Below are positions 1 through 7,000 of a stretch of 12,282 nt of DNA, piece by piece. Both the position numbers and the translations under genes were made by a program. Source of the DNA: Candidatus Eiseniibacteriota bacterium (GTDB lineage Bacteria > Eisenbacteria > RBG-16-71-46). The stretch covers positions 1-12,282 of the forward strand of contig JANLOX010000088.1 in assembly GCA_031366795.1 (NCBI GenBank). The letters run 5' to 3'. The notes under the pieces are model-generated. The model worked only from the letters and a program-made list of their open reading frames with translations. It was not told the DNA's origin and ran no database searches. How positions within the stretch are numbered: position 1 is the stretch's first letter; each line of letters starts with the position of its first letter.

Positions 1-748
1 GCCAGTTTCTGGAGCGACAGCTTCCACAGTCGCGAGCGATGACCGTTGCTCCCGCCCCCATCGGCGGTAATGAGCAACTCGCTCGCCCGTGGGAACCGGC
101 GCTGGCCCATTTGGACCCACCAGCGTCGGATGCTGTTGGTGGCGAACGGGACGGTGTCGTGGTCGATGCCCACGCTGACCCACCCCTGATTATTGAAGAG
201 ATCATAGACGCCATAGGGAATGGCCTTGCCCAGGGACGGATCGAGAAAGTCATGCACGCGAACCGCTTCGGGTTCTCCGACGGGTCGCCACTCTTTCCCC
301 GCGTTTCGAAAGGCTCCCACCAGTTCTTTCTTCTTGGTGTCGACCGAGATCGCCGGTTGGCGGCGCACCAGGAAACGACTGACACTGGCGCTGATGTATT
401 CGAACTGGGCATTGCGGTCCGGATGCGCAGCGCCTTCGAGCGTCTTCCGATTGCCTGCAGGCTGTAGCCTTCCCGGATCAACAATGCCGCGACCGCACGC
501 GGACTGACAGGATGTTCCTGGTGCGTCAGTTCCTCGGCGAGTCGGCGCGTGCTCTTGCACGTCCAGCGCAAGGGGGATTCCGGGTCTCCACGCGTCCCCG
601 GCTCAACCAACGCTTCCAGGGCCCTCAACAACTCCGGGTCATTCACCGTGAGCGACCGACGCCCACCGCCGGGCCGTCGGACACGAGTTGCGTTGACGGC
701 GCGTTGCTTCGAAGGCAAGGCAAGCTCTCGCAATGCAGTAGACAGCAT
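1..748 (-). pseudogene. ISAzo13-family DDE transposase, frameshifted and apparently N-terminally truncated (partial)
   Basis: Manual translation. Frame A (748-455): MLSTALRELA...RVRRPGGGRR...LEALVEPGTRGDPESPLRWTCKSTRRLAEEL...GYSLQ. Then a 1-nt loss at ~453-454 (CAG GC AAT where the family has Q-A-N). Frame B (452-3): NRKTLEGAAHPDRNAQF...ISVDTKKKELVG...VHDF...KAIPYGVYD...GWVSVGIDHDT...LLITADGGGSNGHRSRLWK. An in-frame TAA at 766-764 precedes the ATG at 748. Not listed in the ORF track. Confidence 0.9.
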
Positions 749-753
749 TATTT

Positions 754-777
754 GAAAAGTTATTTATGCGCTAGCCC
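754..777 (-). repeat. Putative left terminal inverted repeat of the ISAzo13-family element
   Basis: AT-rich GAAAAGTTATTTATGCGCTAGCCC followed by TAAG, immediately upstream of the transposase. It resembles the GTTATTT...CCTAAG ends I recall for this family. The partner IR is not in the window. Confidence 0.55.
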
Positions 778-815
778 TAAGGGATCCTTCCCTGTTCCCT
801 AAAATCGCCGGCGGG

Positions 816-2660
816 CTAGGCCGCCCTGGCCATACCACCCGTGTCGAACGCCAGCGCGGCGGCCGCCGCATCGGCGTCCGTCACCGTCGGCAACTCGATC
901 TCGAAGGTGGTTCCCTGCCCGGGCTCGCTGATCACGCGGATCACGCCCTTGTGTTCATGCACGATGCCGTAGGAGACCGACAGCCCGAGGCCCGTTCCCT
1001 GGCCCGAGGGCTTGGTGGTGAAGAACGGCTCGAAGATGCGCTGTTGGATGTGCTTCGGAATGCCCGGGCCGTTGTCGCGCACGCGGATCTCGACGCGGCC
1101 GCCGATCCACGGGCTCACCTCGACCAGCACTTCGCCGGGGCTGCCGTTCATCGCCTGCTGCGCGTTAAGCATCAGGTTCATCAGCACCTGCTGCAGCTGG
1201 TTCGCGTTGCCCTGGATCCTCGGCAGCGACGTCGGCACTATCTGTACGAGCGTCACTTCGGCGAGCGCCAACTGGTGACGCATGATCGCCACGGCGTCGT
1301 TGACCACGGTGCCGATGTCGACGGGTCCCAGGCCGACCTTCTCCTGCCGCGCGAAGCGCAACAGGTTGTCAATGATCGCGCGACACCGACGTGTCTCCTT
1401 CTCCACGGTCTCGAGATTTTCGTTGAGCATGGGGACGTCGTACCGGGTGCGGCGCATCAGTTGCACGAGCCCGAGAATTCCCGCGAGCGGGTTCTTGACC
1501 TCATGCGCGACGCCGGCGCCGAGCTGGCCGAACGCGGCCATCTTCTCGGACTGGACGAGCTGGCCCTCGGCATCCTTCAGCGCTTGTTCACGCGCGTTGA
1601 GCTGCCGGCCCATCTGCGTGAACGACTCCGCCAGCGTGCCGATCTCGTCGCGCGAGTTCACCTTCACCTCGACGTCGAAGCGGCCCTTGGCGATTTCGCG
1701 CGTCGCCTCGACCAGCTTGGCGAGCGAACGGGTGAGCGACTGCGACCACAACATGCTTACCACCGCTGCAAACGCGAGCAGCAGCAGCGCCACCCACAGC
1801 AGGCTGCTCAGCAGCTGCCGCGAGGCGAAGTACGCGGTCGCACTCGGCACCTCGGCGGCGGCGATCAGGTTCGTGCCCTCCACCGGCGCGTAGCCCGCAA
1901 TCTTGTCGCCTTTCGGGTCCGAGATCTCGCGAACGAGTGCGGCGCTGTTGCGGCCCAGCGTCGGGATGCCCGCCAGGCGCTCGCGATGCAGCACCCTCGA
2001 GGCTTCCCTGTGGCTCAGCAGCATGTGGCGGTTGTCGGCAATGTAAACATTGAACGAACGCGAACGCGTCGCGATGTTCATCAGGTCATCGAGACGCAGC
2101 ACCGCGGACATCACCAGCGGCACCGAGCCCTCGCGTTTGTGCGACACGGCGATCGCCAGCGTGGGGAGCCGGCTGCCGACGGTCGAGTTCTCGACGTAGG
2201 TCTGGCCCTCGATGATGGCCGCGAAGGGCAGCGGATGCTCTGCCCGGTAGTGCTGGAGGTCCGACGGCGTGATGCCACCCTCGTGCAACGAGGCCTCGTC
2301 ATACACGGACGCCAGCGGCGTCCCGCGCGCATAGGCCGTCAGCGACACGAAGCCGTGGAACCCTTCGAGGACGTCCTGGACCAGCGCGGTGCGCTGCTCC
2401 GCGGACAGTTTGGGATCCTCGAGCAGACGCGCGCAGACATCGAGCCGGTCGCGGTACGACGCGATGACCGCCTCGGTTTCCTGCGCGGCATGCGTCGCCT
2501 GCACCGCGCTCAAGTCGCGCACGTAGATGCTCTTGTCGGCGTGGAACATCTGCGCCATCGTGAAGGTGATGGTGCTGACGACCGCCGTGACCACCAGCAG
2601 CACGGCCAACAGGATTTTATAGCGGATCGGAATTCCAGCTGCTCGTGGCATCTCGAACAT
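816..2660 (-). CDS. Sensor histidine kinase (2 TM, periplasmic Cache-like sensor, HAMP, HisKA, HATPase_c; NtrB-like class)
   Basis: TM1 ILLAVLLVVTAVVSTITFTMA; TM2 LLWVALLLLAFAAVVSMLW; HAMP ...EIAKGRFDVEVKVNSRDEIGTLAESF; H-box AGVAHEVKNPL; N-box QLQQVLMNLMLNAQQAM; G1 DNGPGIP; F-box IFEPFFTTK; G2 GTGLGLS. An alternative start at 2651 has better spacing from the G-rich SD at 2661-2670. Confidence 0.95.
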   Translation of the reverse strand: MFEMPRAAGIPIRYKILLAVLLVVTAVVSTITFTMAQMFHADKSIYVRDLSAVQATHAAQETEAVIASYRDRLDVCARLLEDPKLSAEQRTALVQDVLEGFHGFVSLTAYARGTPLASVYDEASLHEGGITPSDLQHYRAEHPLPFAAIIEGQTYVENSTVGSRLPTLAIAVSHKREGSVPLVMSAVLRLDDLMNIATRSRSFNVYIADNRHMLLSHREASRVLHRERLAGIPTLGRNSAALVREISDPKGDKIAGYAPVEGTNLIAAAEVPSATAYFASRQLLSSLLWVALLLLAFAAVVSMLWSQSLTRSLAKLVEATREIAKGRFDVEVKVNSRDEIGTLAESFTQMGRQLNAREQALKDAEGQLVQSEKMAAFGQLGAGVAHEVKNPLAGILGLVQLMRRTRYDVPMLNENLETVEKETRRCRAIIDNLLRFARQEKVGLGPVDIGTVVNDAVAIMRHQLALAEVTLVQIVPTSLPRIQGNANQLQQVLMNLMLNAQQAMNGSPGEVLVEVSPWIGGRVEIRVRDNGPGIPKHIQQRIFEPFFTTKPSGQGTGLGLSVSYGIVHEHKGVIRVISEPGQGTTFEIELPTVTDADAAAAALAFDTGGMARAA

Positions 2661-2668
2661 CCCCCCTC

Positions 2669-4051
2669 TCAGAACTTCGCTTCGATGACCTTCGACTTGT
2701 AGGCCGAGTTGCCGACACGATCGATTGCTTCGACCACGACCACATTGAATCCACGCTTCAACTTGACGGTGCGCTCGAACTTGCCGGAGCCATCGATGAC
2801 GGCCTTCTCACCAGCAACGATGATGCGGATGCCGGGGTCCGTGGTTCCGCGCACGATGCATTCACTGCCGTTGACGACGCTCGCCGGGAAATCCACCTTG
2901 AGGCCCGGCTGCCGCTGGACGCTCGAAACCACGACCGTGCGCGGCTGCGACGGGGCGCCTTCGGCGCCTGCGTGCAGCGCGCTGACACGCCAGTAGTAGG
3001 GGCCGCTCTTGAAGTTGCCGTAGACGAAGTCCGTCGCGGCCAGGCGCTGGTCGATCACCACGCCCTGGAACTCCGGGCTGCGCGAGACGCGCAAGCGATA
3101 ACCGTCGGCGCCCGGCACCGTATTCCAGCGGAAGGTGACCTGCGGCGACAATTCGCGATAACTGAACGTGGCCCCGCCCGCCGGTGCCAATAGAATGGGC
3201 GCATCGGGCAGTGTGGCAGGTGCTGTGGCGCCGCGCAGCGAATCCACGGTGATGAACTGGTTGGCGCCGATATGCACGGTGCGGCCCAGCGAGACCACGT
3301 CGGCGCTCCCGTGATAAACGGACACGATGGAACGCTTGTTCCTGCCCACCGCGACCCTGAACTGCGCCGGGGCGCCGCTGGAGGACGACACGCTGGTCTC
3401 GGCGCCGGGCGAAGTGACTTGCACCGCGCCATGGTCCTCGCCCTCGCTCGCCACATTGCCCCACAGTTCGCCCATTTCGACATGCACTGAAGTGGGGGGA
3501 TTCAGCGTCTCCACCTCGGAATGGCTGGCGCGCACGATCATCAGCGAGTTCTGCTCGAGTTGCAGGTGTTTGCCCTTGCTGAAGGTCAACATCGCCGTGC
3601 CGTCGCGGGTCGTCTGAACGGCATCGCCTTCATGCAGCGGCGTCCCCGAAGGCACGGCGCCCCACACGATGCCGTCGGCATCCTTGCGCATCACCTGCGT
3701 GTTGAGCACCGTCAGCATGGCGGCGGCGGGATTGAGTTTATCGCCTAGATTGCCGAGGTCTTGCAGCGACGCCGTGAAATTGTGCCGTCCCCCGTCGCCC
3801 TGCGAGCCGGGCTGCATCAATTCGTGCATGGTCAGCCCGGAGGGAATCAGCGCCGACATGGCGAGCATGAACACCGCGAAGAAGGCCAGCGCCACCAGCA
3901 CCGAGATGATGACCTCGGTGCCGGCCGTGACCATTCGCCGCACGCGGCCGATCACGGACGCCGCGGGAGTGCCGTTGGGCGCGGATGCAGGAGGTCGCTT
4001 CGCTTCGGCTGCGGTGCCCTGCTCTGCCCCGCGTGGATCGCGGTCGGTCAT
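2669..4051 (-). CDS. Single-pass membrane FecR-domain protein with FN3-like and C-terminal Ig-like domains
   Basis: Short N-tail and a TM helix (VIISVLVALAFFAVFMLAMSALI). FecR-like signature LHEGDAVQT...AMLTF...LQLEQNS...VEMGELW...QFRV...VSVYHGSADV. FN3-like segment APILLAP...VTFRWNTVPGADGYRLRVS...YYWRVSA. Ig-like segment VRGTTDPG...GFNVVVVEAIDRVGN. GGAGG SD lies inside the last codons of the upstream gene. Confidence 0.85.
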   Translation of the reverse strand: MTDRDPRGAEQGTAAEAKRPPASAPNGTPAASVIGRVRRMVTAGTEVIISVLVALAFFAVFMLAMSALIPSGLTMHELMQPGSQGDGGRHNFTASLQDLGNLGDKLNPAAAMLTVLNTQVMRKDADGIVWGAVPSGTPLHEGDAVQTTRDGTAMLTFSKGKHLQLEQNSLMIVRASHSEVETLNPPTSVHVEMGELWGNVASEGEDHGAVQVTSPGAETSVSSSSGAPAQFRVAVGRNKRSIVSVYHGSADVVSLGRTVHIGANQFITVDSLRGATAPATLPDAPILLAPAGGATFSYRELSPQVTFRWNTVPGADGYRLRVSRSPEFQGVVIDQRLAATDFVYGNFKSGPYYWRVSALHAGAEGAPSQPRTVVVSSVQRQPGLKVDFPASVVNGSECIVRGTTDPGIRIIVAGEKAVIDGSGKFERTVKLKRGFNVVVVEAIDRVGNSAYKSKVIEAKF

Positions 4052-4052
4052 C

Positions 4053-7000
4053 TCAATACCTCCCCTGCGCGCGAACGAACCATCCGCGCACGGAGTAGTC
4101 GTTCCTCGAGAACTCGCTATCCGAGAAATCCGTGAAGTTGTAGCCGCCCCCGACGCGCATGTTGCGCGTGAGGTCGTAGGTCAGTTCGTTGAGCCAGCCC
4201 TGCCGCCGGTCATGCGCCTCGCGCTGGCCAAGCACGCGGTACTCGACGCCAAACCGCAACGGCCCGCGCACGGCCGTGCTGACGCGGCTCAGCATCAGGG
4301 AGGTGCGCGTGCGCGCTTCGGGGCTGCCTTGGGAGCGTTCGCGCATCGCGCGCAAGGCGCCCTTGCCGCTCCACTGCACCATGGCGTTCAGGTCGACGGT
4401 CGCCTCGGCGGCGAACACGTCCATCAGGGTGCCGGCGTGGGAACTGTCGGCGCCCACGCTGGGGCCCATTTCGTCCAGCCGAGTGTAACGCGCGACACCG
4501 TTGATGCGGTCGCTGGTCAGCGGCCGGTAGGCGAGCCCGAGCGCGTGCTCCTGGAAGCGCGCCTCGTCGCGGCCCGACACGAGATCGCGCGTGCGGCTGT
4601 AGCGGAAGTCGCCGAGCACCACGAGGTTGTCAGTGAGCCGCGACTCGGCGTGATCGGTCCACAGCACCTGGCGCCGCTCGAGCGCGCCGTGATCGCGACG
4701 CCACTCGGCCCGCGAGGAGACATGCAGGTCTTCTTGCGGTGACCATGCGAAACCACCGGCCAGCGCGCTGCGGCGCGTGGCGCCCGCGACCGCCTGGGTC
4801 TGCCCGTACTCCCCGCTGGCAAACAACGTGGTACCGGCGCCGCGCTGCCACTGCTGTTGCAACCCGATGAGCGAAATCCTGCGCGATCCCGCCGCGGCCT
4901 GCTCCCACTGGTACTCGCTGTAGGCGCGGCTACCGCGGCCGAACGGCGTCTGGGCACCGAGCACGGTCGCGGCAGTGTGGGCATGCGTGTCGTCGGTGAG
5001 CCGCTGGTTCACGTACACGCTTCTGCCCCCACCGGTGGCAAAGGTTGCGCCGCCCTGCAACGAATTCCCGAGCGAGCCCGTCACGCCCCGCGCGTCGAGG
5101 GCGAGGTGCTGCGTCAGTTGGTATTGCAGGCTCGCACGACCCTGGTCGTTGCGTGGCCCTCCGAACGTCGACTGCTGCTCGAGCCGCGCGCTCAGCCTGG
5201 CCGAGGGCTTGAACCACACGCTGCCCGTGCCATAGCTCGAGCGATCCGTCATGCGGCGCACTGCGTCCTCGAAGCTGCGCGCCTGGAACTCCGTGCCGAA
5301 GCCCCAGCGCCCGGCATCGTGCGCGAATGACAACGCGGCGAGGTTCGAGACGCGCCCGTTCGCCACGGTGTCGGCGGGTGAGCGGAACTGCTCATCGCGA
5401 TCGAAATGCGCGCCCAGCTTGTCGTGCTTGGTGAGGCCGACGTTCGCGCTGACGCCAGCCTTCTGGGTGCCGCGGTCCTGCGTGCTGCCGTTGGAGAAGA
5501 AGTCGTGCTCGACGCGCTTCACGTAGGCCTTGAGCATGGCGCGATCGGGCGCGCCGAACCACTCGCCCACGTCGAGATCGGCCGCGGCCTTCCACGCCTT
5601 GCCTTCCTTGAGACCATTGGGCGTCTGCTCCTGGAAGCTCACGCCACCATCGAGGCTCGAGTAGACGCGCGACGATGCGCCATTGCTGCTGGCGAGTTCG
5701 CCTGAGATGCGCGAGTTGCGCCCGGCGCGCAGTTCGGCGTCGGCACCGTGCAATTCGTAGCCCCCCACGCCCACGTCGTCCTTCAAGTAGGTGCCGCCGA
5801 GTGCCATGTGATCGCCGAGATGCTGCTGCACGTGACCGCCTGTTGCGGAGCGGTCGAGCCCCTGAATGCTCGTCTCGTAATCGATCTCGATGGTCACGGG
5901 GCTGCCGGGCAGCAGGGTGGTGCTGACGAGGCTGCCGTCATCGAGCACGCTGGCGACGGGCCGCGAGAACAGGATACGGCCTTCGCGGTACTTGACGGTG
6001 TAGTCCATGTTGCGGCGCTGCGGCATGCGCGCGATGACCAGACCGGTCGTGGCGTCGCGCACCGCGAGTGACACCTGCTCGCTGCCCTCGACCAGATCAG
6101 GGTGACTCAAGTAGTAGACGGAGCCGCCTGTCCCACGCAGCTCGTCGCGCACATGCACCTGCGAGGCCTCGGCGCCGAGCAGCGCAATCGTGGTGCGCGG
6201 CTGGCCATAGCGCGTGCGCGAGACCGAGTGGTACTGGACGCGCGCGCCATACAGCGTGCGCTGGAATCCCGACAGCTCGGTGTCGTTGAGCGACATGGCG
6301 TAGTTGCCGACCAGGGCCTGGAACTCATCGCTCTCGACCGCGAGGAAGAACCGGCCCTGCGCCTGCGCATCATAGACCATGCTGCTCGAGTCGCCGTAGA
6401 CCGGATAGAGCCGGTCGGGATCGAGATTGGTGAGCAGGCGGTCGTTGGTGTTGTCGTCGACATCAACCAGGATCTTCTCGAACCCGCTGGTGCGCGTGTC
6501 GAACGCCGAGGTCACGAGATACTTGCCGGCCACGTAACCCTTCAAGTAGTAGGCGAGCCGGCCATCGGCGTAAAAGCCGGTGTTCGCGAGCCGCCCCGCG
6601 CCATCGACGAAGCCCTTGCCGCGCAGCTGCCCGAGGGTTCCGTCAGCCAACCCTAAGAAGAACAGCTTCTGCGGCACGCGCACGACATCGCGCTCGAGGG
6701 TGGAGATCTGGCCGGTCTGGTCGATGGCCTGGATCAGCATATGACTGGAGCCGCGCGGCAGTGGCGCCGAGTAATGGAAGCTGCCATCGACGCGCACCGG
6801 CACGTCCTGGCCATTGACGCGCACATGGTTGCCGGGATTGGTGACGCCGGAGATCGGGTAGGTGTCGCTCATCAGCGGCGCGTCCACCGGCGGCAGCGCC
6901 ACGGTCAGGTCCGGCTGGCGATCCACGGCGATCAAAAGCTTACCGCCGGCATCTTCATTCGCGACGGTCAGCAGCAAGTTGACGAGACGCGTGGCTCCCG

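Larger units (their letters stand above)
1..777 (-). mobile_element. ISAzo13-family insertion sequence, left part (degenerate; continues beyond window start)
   Basis: The minus strand encodes ISAzo13-type transposase motifs. A putative left terminal inverted repeat reads GGGCTAGCGCATAAATAACTTTTC inward from 777 on the minus strand, flanked by TAA at 778-780 (possible 3-bp target site). The other end is outside the window, so the IR and target duplication cannot be confirmed. Confidence 0.85.

Noticed and set aside
39..802. Plus-strand ORFs 39-467 and 512-802 (also 220-507, 549-755)
   Set aside because: Antisense shadows of the minus-strand transposase; the break between the two main ORFs mirrors its frameshift.
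780..815. Intrinsic terminator after the kinase
   Set aside because: Only very short stems (GCC-CGCC-GGC before ATTTT; AGGGA/TCCCT), too weak to call.
951..2702. 583-aa plus-strand ORF
   Set aside because: Antisense to the histidine kinase; a typical high-GC shadow ORF with no recognisable motifs.
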